Shown here: positions 26,601 to 36,203 of the stretch, piece by piece | Numbering within the stretch: the first letter of the stretch is position 1 | Layout: every line of letters begins with the position of its first letter | From: a virus | Taxonomy: Duplodnaviria > Caudoviricetes | IMG/VR virus record: IMGVR_UViG_3300042475_005524 | Span: 1 to 53,368 of that record | DNA: 53,368 nucleotides | Direction: 5' to 3' (one strand) | The notes under the pieces: generated by a model | What the model saw: the letters and a program-made list of their open reading frames with translations, nothing else | The model's database searches: none | Told to the model about the DNA's origin: nothing | Program-made: the position numbers and the translations under genes

Positions 26601-29311
26601 AGCGTGCAAAACTTTCAAATTCGTTATCAAAAGCAGCACTGCAAAATAAAATTAGCATTGATTTAGCCGAGGAAAATTATGCAAGTGAAGTGGGCTTGCT
26701 TGCATTAAGAATTAATTTGGAGGAAGAGCTTAGAAAAAGAGTTCCAATAGAGGCTAGAGTGCGCAAGGATGCAATGGAGCTTAATAGAGCCACTTCTGAA
26801 AGAATAGATCAGTTGGGAAGAGATGCCCGTAATGCTGGACCGAGACTCAAGGCTCAAAGAGACATTCTGGATGCTGAAAGCCTAGTTATAGAATCTGAAA
26901 ATGCCATTAATGAAGGAAATATTGATTTGGCTAATGTAACTTCCTTGAGAAAATCAACTTTAGCTAAATTAATACAATCGGAAAAAAAAGCTGAAGAAGA
27001 GACATTGGCTTCTGTTCAAATAATTGGAAAAAAAATAGGAGCCAACAGAGCGGCTCTTGTCAGAGAAACTGGTTTGATAAACGCAGAAAATAATTATTAC
27101 AATATAGTTGAAAGACTTGCTGACATAAGCGCCTTAAGAGAATCTACTTTAGCGAAACTAAATCAATCAGAAAGACAGGCTGAAATTCAAAATCAGGCCG
27201 CAATTGAAACTGCATCAGAAAAATATGATACTGATCTTAATGCGATTAGGAGACAAGCTGAACTGACTGAGGCGCAAAATCGAGCGGCTGAAAATACCAA
27301 TCAATTAAATGCAGTGGTTATTGGTCTCAGGTTAGCCAGAGCAAAACTTGTTGAGTCAGAAAGAAAAGCTGAAGAAGAGAATCAGATCGCAATTCGAATG
27401 ATTGGTCAGAGTTATCAGGCTGATATTGATTCGACAAAGAGAAAAATTGAATATGCTCAAGCTTTAATTGGGCAGATAGATGCGGCAAAAGTAAATGAAA
27501 AAGTAACCGGAGAAATGACTCTGGAGGCTTTGAATTTGATAAATTCTTTGAGAGAGGCTCAAGCTAAATTTAATAACATCGACGATATAGAAGTAGGAAA
27601 TGAAGCTTTAAGAACGCGCACAAATATTCTTGGAGAAACTACTTCTACAATATCAAGGGGATTAGCGCTTTCAAATCTGGGGATAGGTGGAGAACTGGAG
27701 GCTCAAGCTTTTGCCAAGGTAGCGGAGCAGAGAAGAGCCGGAAGAAAGGCTGAAGACATCAGCGCATCAGAACTTTATGATATCTCTAAGGGTAGAAACT
27801 TAAGCATAAGACAGGGGCTGTCCATACAAAAATCGGCTCTTCTGGACGAAGCTCAGACATTCCAAGATATTATTGGTAAATCAACACCAAAGCTTTTTGC
27901 AGATGGTATGGCCGAAGCTATGCAAGCGGCTCTGAATCAAGCAGACGATCTTGGGGGCGCATTAAGAAATGTTGCATTGACCTTCCTTAAAAATCTTCAA
28001 AGCGCATTTTTGCAAAGCGCTTCAAGGCAAATTGTTTCTTCAATTCTTCCAAATGCTGTTCCTGGTATGAAAGAAGGTGGCTATGTAAAAGGTTATGCTT
28101 CAGGTGGTCTTGTAACAGGGGGCAGTGGCTACAAAGATGATGTTCCAGCAATGTTAAGCGAAGGCGAATATGTCATCCGTAAGTCTTCTGTAAATAAATA
28201 CGGTGCGTCTAACCTTCAAAAACTGAATTCGGGCGAGGCTCCTAAATTTGCCGATGGTGGTATCTTCTTGCCCGGTGTTCGCGGGCAGGGGCAAATTTCT
28301 GGATATAAAGATTTAACTGCTTTTGCCAAGCAAACTACAACAAGCGGAGCAACTGATGTATTAGCTGGCGGCGCAACAACTGCTTTTGCCAGCCTTGAAG
28401 ATCAAAGTTCAAGACTTTCTGCGTATGCGCTGATGAACGAAGACGATACTATTAATCAAGAGATTCGTAGTGCCCAAGAGCAGGCGATGAACATAATGGC
28501 GGAAAGAGAAGCCTACAGAACTGCGGAAAGAAAGGCGTTTCAAAAGCAGCTAATCGGAACAGTAGCTTCTGCTGCTTTAAGTTTTGGCGTTGGAAAGTTG
28601 GGTTCGATGTTTACTACAAAAACTCCTGCGGCAATTCCAAATTTAGGATTCGATGCTGCAAAGGCATCTTCTAATATTGGGCAAGTTGCGCTTCCAACTC
28701 CAAGCATGCTGTCCGCGCCAATAACAACTCCGAGTATAAGAACTCCAAGTACATCTTTTGGAGACTTTATGTCTCCAGCAAGAATCCAGACTCCAAATTA
28801 TGGAAGTGTGCTTTCGATGTTCCAGCCGCAAATGCAGTCTCCAGTTCTTATGGGATCTAGTATATTCTCAGCGCCTCGCGCTCCTGGTCGTGCTTACGGC
28901 GGGATAGTCAAGCGCTATAATACTGGTGGCCCAACAGACGATATCCCAGCCCTCCTTATGGGTGGCGAATATGTAATGAATCGCCAAGCCACCAAGAAAT
29001 ATGGCAGGCAGTTCTTCGATTCTATTAATCAAGGCCGCGCCCCAAGATTTGCAGACGGCGGCAATGTTTCAACCGCAGAGCCAAGCTTTGCTGAGAAAGC
29101 CGCTTCATCTTCCGACTCAAAGGCCACAGGTGCAACTAACGTTAGCATCAATATCAACGTTACTAGCGGAACATCAGATACCCAGACTCAGGGTGACACC
29201 AAGCAAGGCGGCGTTGATTATAAGAAGATGAGCGAGCAGATCAAACAAGTCGTTATCCAAACAATCAACGAAGAAAAGAGGCTAGGTGGATCACTAAGAC
29301 CGCGAAACTAA
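20690..29311 (+). CDS. Tail tape measure protein with internal cargo-like domains
   Basis: The N-terminus is a TP901-type TMP domain (FSRQGLS.EE.L.RT..AL.L...DKLVAVD..FAVS.EDL..G.SRAG...TARGGAVIGNAFKTIFSRI). There are long coiled-coil segments and C-terminal YASGG...DDVPAMLSEGEYVI and FADGG motifs. Confidence 0.92.
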   Translation: MAKGITVPVVQSGLEASIEAAAKKAGPLNLSATVDPSSFKRLSQPLGRVSGLATEFEKSIAASNARVIAFGASVGIINGVQNAFASLVKTTIEVEKSLANIAVISGKTTDQLQPFSRALFEIAKNTAQSFQTASEAALEFSRQGLSLEETLKRTQDALTLTRFTSLSAAEAVDVLTAAANSFGATGITTSEILNKLVAVDTKFAVSAEDLAKGLSRAGSIAQEVGVNFDELNAIVTIAQERTARGGAVIGNAFKTIFSRIRSEETIQALQSIGIYSFDAEGRLKPVVSLLEELAGKINTLDETKKIEVLEAIASKYNINVLTALVDDLSSTASKFREARDVSSGAQSEAYQRQIELNKTLDAVISRVTNSAAQLADTLGKIGVTDSLKSLLNFFDSILTGINDVVDSEGIGGTIAKGLISGISGVFFKIGIPLLLAIFVKLTKDIAQFGTESLKTILGINKEVRERQALEQAVVNTLIKDQQVMASILSLSGDRRKQEEYLLGVYNRQLAALQQVQSIASTVAPALQAAGLSATSGTVKKRAAEGYLPAQEAADVRRGVGGADKSAKVVKIPNFSFGDGKKGTMYANTSEYIVPNYNGGDGSAIFNKDMVRKYGMPENAKKINAATGYIPNFVEESPKYSTAKEKELAKKKERRENYNNRVASSFGIAALLVKSEAEQREVESETAYGKMPKTDANFNQFSRVKFPVYGLKQSGLDQAKLGLLPEIEEPLRRAAFDVGLAASSQISGRQVAPEEYKTSFKKSLGGAGAFGGTIGSIFESAARTAFKFENSPDNTLDVPVVSDSVRTAFGITGGERSADLKGSVSDGVLRRFADQVINNGLIRDETPNVKQAIASKGYIPNFAKEKGIGGLAGKVIEILAGRVFESLVKDSDTVDLYENAARPDIDLNPEERSKEIKLSLDAAAKDDRVGKKVSQGGKGFTVVVPQNAQNEPSAVKKLQDKKVKIQRWPIRREKAFEGARKLLEIYENVDRSKIGNPLPLPGKQKGKRNDVTAVKGYIPNYAETLSEMYDWDGTIIPRMAGKPEEYIQSLQKLEKKDLLPIGKELASSKEKFDIATARPILFREPIKQTAQRLGLNVERIFPLGSMFENRRTMGVKGKPRKLYGPERKALFAEKTNRSIVDNQEDVLAALGSRGIDANLRNRGAFGFIPNFASQNAIDAMRRIISDPAAPQGEKDAASLKLSQLTKVSSLNNPRVAAQKTTKIKVPITQEDKDYLNQNKEKIVAGMGRSFGMLFNLDALEMGDLGYVKRLDPIVAKKLSEIAQKQGGRDSIRSLVDFGSAARGYIPNFAENEPLKEAISREMGAGVPAARVRVTQDGRLKNPKNPNGLAVINTRDEPNGKIPNDFRERGMRAAMASRGFVPNFADEDTSINVGGVFGMGSNKVDLSGIQTATTELLAKLKNSTIESDQFNTELESLTRAFNDLKTKALKDLKNKTENAGDATKKYSDAVQQKAKAIQAQKTAPTTGGGATGGDVAGRGKGLDIGKFLVLQTAVVGLTSAIQSATEQGSAAANALEGISAIGSGLATFVAIGTSLSPQFRILAAAATALASAFPLLSRLYEDFKDPAQRAAEALSKLAKEAEKTGRKISPEEFLAIFEEQDKIKKAEEKKKSATQQIQESLSKQGLGAGTETLQQLYAIANTLDLISKDGIVQQAELQKIIRTSQKALPVRGGAPGLGFVSTETGIDIGATIQSAREKVTEKRLADARKPQTEDRTVKTVKAENELLKIKFDILNSIVKKELEINNVYANRIRSINSENTALERSKTILLETKFSELQASQERRKIRAEEAKAISENANNLRSSLAGLQDQGLGNIFGEADTGKLQGLLEAFKTGGVGSEAFGKAFQAATARVGQDGKPIAGTNIAQLSSATQQDVYKNLNEAANNEARARNNAVNRVRDIDQAQKDFQSSTQLLINETNLLNAIISGTPVLVGKLNQTFSGAAKYEEILGGERAKLSNSLSKAALQNKISIDLAEENYASEVGLLALRINLEEELRKRVPIEARVRKDAMELNRATSERIDQLGRDARNAGPRLKAQRDILDAESLVIESENAINEGNIDLANVTSLRKSTLAKLIQSEKKAEEETLASVQIIGKKIGANRAALVRETGLINAENNYYNIVERLADISALRESTLAKLNQSERQAEIQNQAAIETASEKYDTDLNAIRRQAELTEAQNRAAENTNQLNAVVIGLRLARAKLVESERKAEEENQIAIRMIGQSYQADIDSTKRKIEYAQALIGQIDAAKVNEKVTGEMTLEALNLINSLREAQAKFNNIDDIEVGNEALRTRTNILGETTSTISRGLALSNLGIGGELEAQAFAKVAEQRRAGRKAEDISASELYDISKGRNLSIRQGLSIQKSALLDEAQTFQDIIGKSTPKLFADGMAEAMQAALNQADDLGGALRNVALTFLKNLQSAFLQSASRQIVSSILPNAVPGMKEGGYVKGYASGGLVTGGSGYKDDVPAMLSEGEYVIRKSSVNKYGASNLQKLNSGEAPKFADGGIFLPGVRGQGQISGYKDLTAFAKQTTTSGATDVLAGGATTAFASLEDQSSRLSAYALMNEDDTINQEIRSAQEQAMNIMAEREAYRTAERKAFQKQLIGTVASAALSFGVGKLGSMFTTKTPAAIPNLGFDAAKASSNIGQVALPTPSMLSAPITTPSIRTPSTSFGDFMSPARIQTPNYGSVLSMFQPQMQSPVLMGSSIFSAPRAPGRAYGGIVKRYNTGGPTDDIPALLMGGEYVMNRQATKKYGRQFFDSINQGRAPRFADGGNVSTAEPSFAEKAASSSDSKATGATNVSININVTSGTSDTQTQGDTKQGGVDYKKMSEQIKQVVIQTINEEKRLGGSLRPRN
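22568..24838 (+). repeat. Dispersed peptide motif G(Y/F)(I/V)PN(F/Y) x6 within the TMP
   Basis: Motif glycine codons at 22568, 23255, 23732, 24182, 24593 and 24818; a degenerate copy AEGYLP lies near 22316. Confidence 0.9.
26860..27450 (+). repeat. Three 63-64-aa helical repeats in the TMP
   Basis: LRKSTLAKLIQSEKKAEEE (~26945), LRESTLAKLNQSERQAEIQ (~27134) and LRLARAKLVESERKAEEE (~27326). Confidence 0.75.
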
Positions 29312-29314
29312 AGG

Positions 29315-30085
29315 ATGAAATCCTCCGTATCAAATTATGAAAACAGTCTTTATATCAGCGGCGTTAAAATATTTGGCGTCAACGATGTTAATTTCGGCTA
29401 TTCTTTACCAATTGAGCACATCAATGTTATCGGAGCTAATAAATTTACTACATTCACGAATAATGCGCCGCAATCGAATCTGAGTGTTCAAAAATATCTT
29501 TCGCCAGCAGATTTCTTTTTAAATTTTACAGGAGCGGGGCAGATTAGCGGAGGCTTATTTTATAATAATAAAAATTTTACTTTTAATCGGGCATATCTAA
29601 ATAATTATTCAGTTTCCTGTGCGGTTGGGAACTTTCCTTCTTTAAGCGCCGATTTTACTATTTTTGGCAATGTTGGGACTGGGGTTGCGGGCTCTGGAGC
29701 TTCGCAGACTGGAGCCTTATCGGTTGTGCGTCCAAGAGACATCGCTATTCGATGCGATGGCACAGGCACAAATAGAATTGAGGCTTTTACTTATTCAGTA
29801 GAGTGTCCAAGGCAAGCTTTTTATCACCCAACTGGATCAACTCCAATGGATGTCGTGACCTTGCGCCCATTTAGGGCAACCGCCCAATTTACAATTGGGG
29901 TTGATGATTATGAATCGAAAAGAGCTTTAGATTATATTGTTGACTCCAACAAACAGAATATTAATATAACAATAGGATCTCTAGTAACTTTTTCGATGTC
30001 GAATATGGAATTAATAAGCGAAACAATCAACTCGTCCGCAACCGACGAGCTTTCGTTAACGCTTAGTTATCAAGGATTTATCTAA
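29315..30085 (+). CDS. Tail-tip protein, tube-protein paralogue (distal-tail-like)
   Basis: First gene after the TMP; AYLNNYSVSCAVGNFPSLS and VRPRDI match GYITNYSLEAAVGGLPTVS and LRPGDV of the tube gene. Confidence 0.6.
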   Translation: MKSSVSNYENSLYISGVKIFGVNDVNFGYSLPIEHINVIGANKFTTFTNNAPQSNLSVQKYLSPADFFLNFTGAGQISGGLFYNNKNFTFNRAYLNNYSVSCAVGNFPSLSADFTIFGNVGTGVAGSGASQTGALSVVRPRDIAIRCDGTGTNRIEAFTYSVECPRQAFYHPTGSTPMDVVTLRPFRATAQFTIGVDDYESKRALDYIVDSNKQNINITIGSLVTFSMSNMELISETINSSATDELSLTLSYQGFI

Positions 30086-31047
30086 TGTCATTCCTATACG
30101 ACAGAGATTATAATGTCACTGGAACGGTTCAAACAACGTTTGATTTCAAGCCGTCTTATGGCACCTCTGTCAATTTTTCAGCAGATTTGACTTCATATAA
30201 TACTGTTGATAATTATTTATATACTATGCCCAGAGGACTGAATCATTTGCAGATGACGGTGCAAATGCCCTTTGAAAACAGAAAAGAGGCCGAAGCGACA
30301 AGGATCGCCAGCTTTTTTGAAAACCTTCGTGGTACAGGATATTTTACCTTTACTGATCCAGCTTCTATATACAAGCCAGTTAATTTATTTTGCGGCGGTA
30401 TTCAGACTAATTTCACTGTTAACGATCTTTATACAATACAAGTTGAATTGGCCACCGACCAAGTTTCGTCACTTTTAAATTGGAATGGAATGTTTGTTAC
30501 AGGTTCAGGAATCAAGGGAAGCTGGGCTACATCAACAGCGTATTCTAAGTACGATGTTGTTAGGCACACTGGTAACGCATCTTACCCGCAGAATACTGGC
30601 AACTTATATGACTGTTTTTATTACTGTACTGGTGACCACACGAGCCAATCTTCGATCAACGGCTCCGAAATCACCAACGGAAAATGGACGCAGGAGTTTT
30701 TTTACCAGCCAACTTACTCGTCAACAATTGGAAAAGAGACTTCTGTTTTAAAGACTGAGCTTCCATACTCTTTCACAAAGAGAAGCGACTTTGGACTTCA
30801 TGCGAATGTTATGAGGCAGTTTAGCATGGAGTTTAAAGGAATCAGCGACCTTGAGGCAAGATCGATTTTGCATTTCCTAACCGGAAGACAGGGATACAGA
30901 AAATTCCAGTATAAGATTCCGAATATCTATAATAAGAATAAGTATTTCTTTGCGCCTGAATGGAAGCATACTTTTGTTTATAAAAACGTTAACGATATTT
31001 CGGTAACACTAGTCGAAGATCCTGTCGGCATAAGGAGGACTTATTAA
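30085..31047 (+). CDS. Minor tail protein with duplicated domain
   Basis: Two similar halves (PSYGTS...GLN...F..R...EA..I..F..L.G...F and PTYSST...GLH...F......EA..I..FL....G...F), reminiscent of lambda gpM-type domains, flank a W..STAYSKYDVV carbohydrate-binding-like insert. Confidence 0.55.
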   Translation: MSFLYDRDYNVTGTVQTTFDFKPSYGTSVNFSADLTSYNTVDNYLYTMPRGLNHLQMTVQMPFENRKEAEATRIASFFENLRGTGYFTFTDPASIYKPVNLFCGGIQTNFTVNDLYTIQVELATDQVSSLLNWNGMFVTGSGIKGSWATSTAYSKYDVVRHTGNASYPQNTGNLYDCFYYCTGDHTSQSSINGSEITNGKWTQEFFYQPTYSSTIGKETSVLKTELPYSFTKRSDFGLHANVMRQFSMEFKGISDLEARSILHFLTGRQGYRKFQYKIPNIYNKNKYFFAPEWKHTFVYKNVNDISVTLVEDPVGIRRTY

Positions 31048-32225
31048 TGGGTAGGCCAATTTCATATGAGATGCAAATGATGTTTGTCGGCTCCTCTGGC
31101 GCTTTTGAGGAGTCGATGAATACTGGCAGCGGAATCAGTCGGCTTGATTTCATTCAAAGCTACGACTTCTCTTTCAATATTGAAAGAACTCCGCTGAAGC
31201 AAATCGGGTCAGATTCTTTTGCAACAAGGCAAACTCAGCTTGCGCCAGATGTTAATTTAAATATTGAATATTATTTAAATGATGGTTGGAACGATAAGTA
31301 TATTGGACTAGATATTCCGACAGGTGTGACTGGTAATCCATTTGACTCTATTCTTTCGTCTACTGGCGACCGTAATTTTTATATCAGTATTGCGCAAAAT
31401 GACGGTATTGATCAGAATTTGCAGACTGGAATCGTTAATAGTAATATCCTCGCGGTTGGTAATGCCTATATCACTAACTACGAGATCAGTGTGGCGGTTA
31501 ATCAGCTGGCGACTGTTTCCTGTTCTTTTGTGGGGGCAAATGCTAATGTGCAAGATTACGCGACTTCAAAGTACTTACCATCAGTAAATACTCTTGTTAG
31601 CGGCCAAAACGCTCAGGATGCTAATAAAAATTTTGCATTAAACTTTGTCAATAATTCTAGAACAGAAAGTTATCTGCCAAAAGCTAAAGAAATATTTGAT
31701 GGCGGTTGTCCTTATAGCAAATGCAAGATTACGCCGAATTTTCAGTCTGGAGGAGGAACGTCTCCAATTACTTTTGGATTTTTTGATGCAATTGCTAATA
31801 ACTTTCAAAGCATGCAGTTCTCCGTGCAGTTTGAAAGAAAAGCTCTTTATGGATTTGGTAATAACCATCCATATATTAGAAAAATCCAAAGACCAACAGT
31901 TGCAACTCTTGCATTATCAGCTTTAATTGATGACTTTCAGGCTGAAAATTTGAGTAAGGTTTTTCATAGCGAAGGAGGAACTCAGAAGTCCATGTTGATC
32001 GAATTCTTTAACCTCCAAGATGTAAAGAAGTTTGGATTATCATTGCAGAACTTAACACTTGAGTCTTATAATCTTGGCGCGAGGATTGGAGATAGGGTTT
32101 TAGTAGAAACTAATTGGAGTGTTGAAGTTAAGAACGGGGCAAGCGCAGATATTGGGATGGTTGGGTCTTATGGGCCGCCGCTTCTTGATGTGACAAAAGT
32201 CAACGAGTCTTTTAATGTAAATTAA
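31047..32225 (+). CDS. Tail protein, full-length paralogue of the tube protein
   Basis: RLDFIQSYDFSFNIER...APDVNLNIEYY...RNFYI...GNAYITNYEISVAV aligns by eye with 15509..16672. Confidence 0.65.
   Translation: MGRPISYEMQMMFVGSSGAFEESMNTGSGISRLDFIQSYDFSFNIERTPLKQIGSDSFATRQTQLAPDVNLNIEYYLNDGWNDKYIGLDIPTGVTGNPFDSILSSTGDRNFYISIAQNDGIDQNLQTGIVNSNILAVGNAYITNYEISVAVNQLATVSCSFVGANANVQDYATSKYLPSVNTLVSGQNAQDANKNFALNFVNNSRTESYLPKAKEIFDGGCPYSKCKITPNFQSGGGTSPITFGFFDAIANNFQSMQFSVQFERKALYGFGNNHPYIRKIQRPTVATLALSALIDDFQAENLSKVFHSEGGTQKSMLIEFFNLQDVKKFGLSLQNLTLESYNLGARIGDRVLVETNWSVEVKNGASADIGMVGSYGPPLLDVTKVNESFNVN
32215..32224 (+). promoter_or_regulatory. RTGTAAA candidate late-promoter motif
   Basis: ATGTAAATTA; 13 nt before ATG 32229. 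Confidence 0.5.
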
Positions 32226-32228
32226 TAT

Positions 32229-34121
32229 ATGAGCGTTTCATTCCAAGATCTTCAAGAAGCACTGACCCTTGACGACAAGGATGAATTTATCATTTGGCAA
32301 AACTCAAGCAAAAGAAACAAAAGAGTAAAGAGAGGAAATCTATTTGCAAGCAAAGGTTTAACAGTAAAGGGTAAGTTTATTGATGTTGAAAGTGGCAATG
32401 ATGTTGGATTAGCAGCTGCTGCTGCTGCAAACGATGCTGCTGTCGCGCTAGCGACAGCGGAAGGGGCGCAATTATCAGCTAACGGCAAAAATAGAATATT
32501 TTATCAAAGCTCGGAGCCGACAAGCGGATCAGGAGGTACAAGCGGTTACGCCTTAATTGAAAATGACTTATGGTTTGATACTGATGGTGGATATAGAATG
32601 GCTAAATGGAACGGAACTTCTTGGGAAGACTATGGACTTGAAACAGAAGCTATTGCTAATCTTGATGCGGGAAAGATAACTGCTGGGTTTATTGGCGCTC
32701 AAGTTATTAATATTAATGGTTCTGAAGGAGGAGGTATTAGTGGAACAGCTGGCGCTGGAGGCTATATAGAATCAACAAATTTCGTTCCAAGTTGGGTCTC
32801 TGGCGCTTTGACCGTAAGGCAGTATACAACATCTGGAACATATGGCGCTTATTTAGGTAAACATATTCCAAGCGACGCTGTTCAAGTAAAGGTTTTACAA
32901 GGCGATGGAAAATATAAACTTTTTAGATCGCTACAAAATCAAGGAGAAAACGCTACAAATGCCCCGCCTTCTAGCGGAAATAATTCCTATTGGCAGGAAA
33001 TAACTGGAGCCAATATTCCAGTATTTGAAATAGAGCTTCCAGGCGGAGGCACAAAACAAATTCAGAATTTTGGATTCAGAATAGTAAGCAATGGATATGC
33101 TGAATTTGGAGGCTCTCTTTTTAGAGGGGCTGTTATTGCAAACGAGGGTTTTTTTGGTACTACTTCTAATGCGGTAAGATTAGATGACGATGGGTTGACT
33201 GTAGGAGACTATGGAAGATTAAAATCTGCTAGTCTTGGTTATAATGGAACTAGTTTCTTTGTAAACTCTGGGACATCTGGGGGGTTTTTTCTTGGAAACA
33301 CTCAAGCAGAAGGGGGACCAGCTCTTTACCAGTTATATATTGGCAGTCCAGCTGGAAATAATTTATGGTGGAATGGAACTAGTTTAATTATAAATGGTAA
33401 AATTGGATTGCCAGACGGTGGAGATCAAGACAGCGATGCCGGTTTAGAGATTACAAGCGGATTTGGTATTAGAAGGTCTACAAGGAATAAGGTTTTAACA
33501 ATAACCGGAGGAGATGGCAATGGTGTTACCTTCGGGTCACAGATTGACCTTGTTGGTACACAATTTATGGGCGCTGGAGGTGGTGCCGAGGGTCAGTTAA
33601 TTTTATCTGGCGGCTATGACGCTACTTTAGATCCAGTTGATCCTTCTCGCGATGGATGCATCATATTTAGAACCGCCAGAGAAGAGGATAATGAAAATAT
33701 TGGGGCTGTTAGAGCTAGAATAGATTTAGATGGAACTTTTAGAATTATTGCGGCAGATAATGTTTATTCTGAAGCGCCAAATGATGGGGCTGGAAATTTA
33801 ATTGTCGATAATGAGGTTGAAGCGATAGCTTATAATTCGACTTCTTCTAAGCGTTTTAAGAAGAAAATTAAAAATTTAAAAAATGGTCTTACTCTTGTAA
33901 AATCTTTAAGGCCAGTTACTTTTGAATGGAAAAATAAAAAAAGAACAAGTGATATAGGTTTAATTGCTGAAGAGGTGAATGAAATTCTTCCAATGGTTGT
34001 TGGAAAAAATACAAATGGAGAAATTTCAAGCTTAGACTATGGCAAATTAACTACAATTTTAATTCAAGCGGTTAAAGAGCTTTCTGTTGAAGTTGAAAAA
34101 TTAAAAAGTAAAATAGGCTAA
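32229..34121 (+). CDS. Tail fibre/spike with C-terminal peptidase-S74-type intramolecular chaperone
   Basis: C-terminal [11 protein letters not shown]...[10 protein letters not shown]....IGLIAEEV....P..V...LDYGKL...LIQAVKEL plus coiled coil; also [20 protein letters not shown] and [12 protein letters not shown]. Confidence 0.85.
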   Translation: MSVSFQDLQEALTLDDKDEFIIWQNSSKRNKRVKRGNLFASKGLTVKGKFIDVESGNDVGLAAAAAANDAAVALATAEGAQLSANGKNRIFYQSSEPTSGSGGTSGYALIENDLWFDTDGGYRMAKWNGTSWEDYGLETEAIANLDAGKITAGFIGAQVININGSEGGGISGTAGAGGYIESTNFVPSWVSGALTVRQYTTSGTYGAYLGKHIPSDAVQVKVLQGDGKYKLFRSLQNQGENATNAPPSSGNNSYWQEITGANIPVFEIELPGGGTKQIQNFGFRIVSNGYAEFGGSLFRGAVIANEGFFGTTSNAVRLDDDGLTVGDYGRLKSASLGYNGTSFFVNSGTSGGFFLGNTQAEGGPALYQLYIGSPAGNNLWWNGTSLIINGKIGLPDGGDQDSDAGLEITSGFGIRRSTRNKVLTITGGDGNGVTFGSQIDLVGTQFMGAGGGAEGQLILSGGYDATLDPVDPSRDGCIIFRTAREEDNENIGAVRARIDLDGTFRIIAADNVYSEAPNDGAGNLIVDNEVEAIAYNSTSSKRFKKKIKNLKNGLTLVKSLRPVTFEWKNKKRTSDIGLIAEEVNEILPMVVGKNTNGEISSLDYGKLTTILIQAVKELSVEVEKLKSKIG

Positions 34122-34132
34122 GCTTTAATAAA

Positions 34133-35479
34133 ATGCCAGAAGAGCCGCCACCATCGACTTCGACTTCGACTTCGACATCGACTTCGACATCTGGTTCAAC
34201 ATCGAGTTCGACATCGAGTTCTGGTTCAAGTTCTAGTTCAACTTCTAGTTCAACTTCTAGTTCTAGTTCAACTTCTACTTCCAGTTCAACTTCTAGTTCT
34301 AGTTCCAGTTCGACTTCGAATTCAACATCGAACTCGACTTCTAATTCAGACTCTGCTTCGGTATCCGATTCGCCTTCGGTATCCGATTCTGTGTCCGAAT
34401 CGGACTCTGTGTCGGTGTCAGAGTCTGACTCGGTGTCCGTGTCCGAATCGGACTCTGTGTCGGTGTCCGAATCGGACTCTGTGTCGGTGTCAGAGTCTGA
34501 CTCGGTGTCCGTGTCCGAATCGGACTCTGTGTCGGTGTCCGAATCGGACTCTGTGTCGGTGTCAGAGTCTGACTCGGTGTCCGTGTCCGAATCGGACTCT
34601 GTGTCGGTGTCAGAGTCTGACTCGGTGTCCGTGTCCGAATCGGACTCTGTGTCGGTGTCAGAGTCTGACTCGGTGTCGGTGTCAGTGTCGGATTCGGTGT
34701 CGGTGTCAGTGTCGGATTCGGTGTCGGTGTCAGTGTCGGATTCGGTGTCGGTTTCTATTGAGATTACCACTACGCCGCCGCCGACTACGCCGCCGCCGAC
34801 TACGCCGCCGCCGACTACGCCGCCGCCGACAACGACGCCGCCGACAACGCCGCCGCCGACAACGACGCCCGCACCAACTACACCGCCGCCGACAACGACG
34901 CCTGCACCGACTACAACGCTTGCACCAACCACCACAACTGTTGCGCCGACAACTAGCACTACTCCAGCGCCGACAACTAGTACTACAGCTACCAGTACTA
35001 CTCAAACTAGTACCAGTACTACTCAAACTAGTACCAGTACTACCAGTACTACTCAAACTAGTACCAGTACTACCAGTACTACTACCAGTACTACTCAAAC
35101 TAGTACCAGTACTACCAGTACTACTACCAGTACTACAACTAGCACCACAACTAGTACTACTACCAGTACCACTACAACACCATCTCCTGTTTTTTGTAAT
35201 TATTTAGTAACTAATGAAAGCCTATCGATGGAAAGGGTTGATTTAGGTGAAATATTCTTTCCAAGAATTTCTGACAAAAGAGACGATATTAATTTTAAAA
35301 GTACTGGATACCAATATTCTGGAGTTGCGACAACAATTTTAAATGAAGATCCAATTGATATTTCTAATTTTTATGAAAAATCTACTGGAAATGGAATTGC
35401 TGCTGATGATCAAATAGATTACGATACGAACTATAAATTTAGCGGAGTAGATTTAAGATATTACTTTAGAAAGAAATAA
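34133..35479 (+). CDS. Ser/Thr/Pro-rich mucin-/SRRP-like repeat protein
   Basis: Consecutive blocks (S/T)n, (SVSESDSV)n, (TTPPP)n and (TSTT)n, then a globular C-terminal domain of about 95 aa; no signal peptide. Confidence 0.8.
   Translation: MPEEPPPSTSTSTSTSTSTSGSTSSSTSSSGSSSSSTSSSTSSSSSTSTSSSTSSSSSSSTSNSTSNSTSNSDSASVSDSPSVSDSVSESDSVSVSESDSVSVSESDSVSVSESDSVSVSESDSVSVSESDSVSVSESDSVSVSESDSVSVSESDSVSVSESDSVSVSESDSVSVSESDSVSVSVSDSVSVSVSDSVSVSVSDSVSVSIEITTTPPPTTPPPTTPPPTTPPPTTTPPTTPPPTTTPAPTTPPPTTTPAPTTTLAPTTTTVAPTTSTTPAPTTSTTATSTTQTSTSTTQTSTSTTSTTQTSTSTTSTTTSTTQTSTSTTSTTTSTTTSTTTSTTTSTTTTPSPVFCNYLVTNESLSMERVDLGEIFFPRISDKRDDINFKSTGYQYSGVATTILNEDPIDISNFYEKSTGNGIAADDQIDYDTNYKFSGVDLRYYFRKK
34388..34755 (+). 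repeat. 24-bp coding tandem repeat (SVSESDSV about 12x, SVSVSDSV 3x)
   Basis: Two alternating synonymous variants: tccgaatcggactctgtgtcggtg and tcagagtctgactcggtgtccgtg. Confidence 0.9.
34766..35182 (+). repeat. 15-bp TTPPP repeats followed by accagtact (TST) repeats
   Basis: actacgccgccgccg x4 plus variants, then accagtactactcaaactagt-type units. Confidence 0.85.
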
Positions 35480-35480
35480 T

Positions 35481-36203
35481 ATGAAGGTAACAGCTTTAAT
35501 GGCTACATGCGGTAGGCACTACTACTGCGAAAGATCTGTCGCAATGTTTTTGGCGCAAAATTACCAAAATAAACATTTAGTTATAATTCAAAATTCAGAA
35601 AAAGAACAAAAGTTAGACCAGAATTATGATAATATCACACTGCTTAATAAATTTGGATTTTCTAATTTAGGATCTATTTATAATTACGCTTTAGATTTTA
35701 TTCCTCAAGATACAGACGTAATTTGTTTGTTTGACGATGATGATATGTATATGCCTGAGCATGTTACAGAGGGGGTGAACGGTTTAAAAAGAGGCGGCAA
35801 GAAGGCGTATAAGCCAAAATTCTCTTTTATGCAAATGAGATACGACATCTCTAAAATAAATAACGTCCTAGAACCGAGTTGGTTTATTAGTGCGGATGTT
35901 ATAAAAAAAGAAAAATTTAGAGAAGAAAGCGCAAAGCATCATTTCAACTGGATTGACTGGTGCCTAAAGAATAAACAAATTTATGTAGATCCAGAAGGTC
36001 CGTCCACATTAATTTATACTTGGGGAAATCAAGAGCGCCCGTGTTACAAAACAAGCGGATATGGTAAGCGCCCAGATGCTTTTGAACAATACAGAAAAAA
36101 CTCTCAAGATCACGGAGATGGAGTAATAACTCCAAATTCAAAAGAAGAAATAAATAAAATTTACGAAAAATTCTATCAATGGAAGCCAAAATCCACGCAG
36201 TAA
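35481..36203 (+). CDS. GT2-like (GT-A) glycosyltransferase
   Basis: VTALMATCGR...FLAQNY and CLFDDDDMY motifs. Confidence 0.75.
   Translation: MKVTALMATCGRHYYCERSVAMFLAQNYQNKHLVIIQNSEKEQKLDQNYDNITLLNKFGFSNLGSIYNYALDFIPQDTDVICLFDDDDMYMPEHVTEGVNGLKRGGKKAYKPKFSFMQMRYDISKINNVLEPSWFISADVIKKEKFREESAKHHFNWIDWCLKNKQIYVDPEGPSTLIYTWGNQERPCYKTSGYGKRPDAFEQYRKNSQDHGDGVITPNSKEEINKIYEKFYQWKPKSTQ

Noticed and set aside
20690-29311. Inteins or mobile introns as the explanation for the TMP inserts
   Set aside because: No C/S...HN-C/S/T splice junctions or LAGLIDADG/HNH motifs are seen at the segment borders, and the frame is uninterrupted.
34072-35207. Antisense (DTES)n ORF 34072..34959 and Arg-rich ORFs 34730..35098 and 34758..35207
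   Set aside because: Shadows of the Ser/Thr repeats. The + strand ORF 34133..35479 fits the operon spacing and has a unique C-terminal domain.
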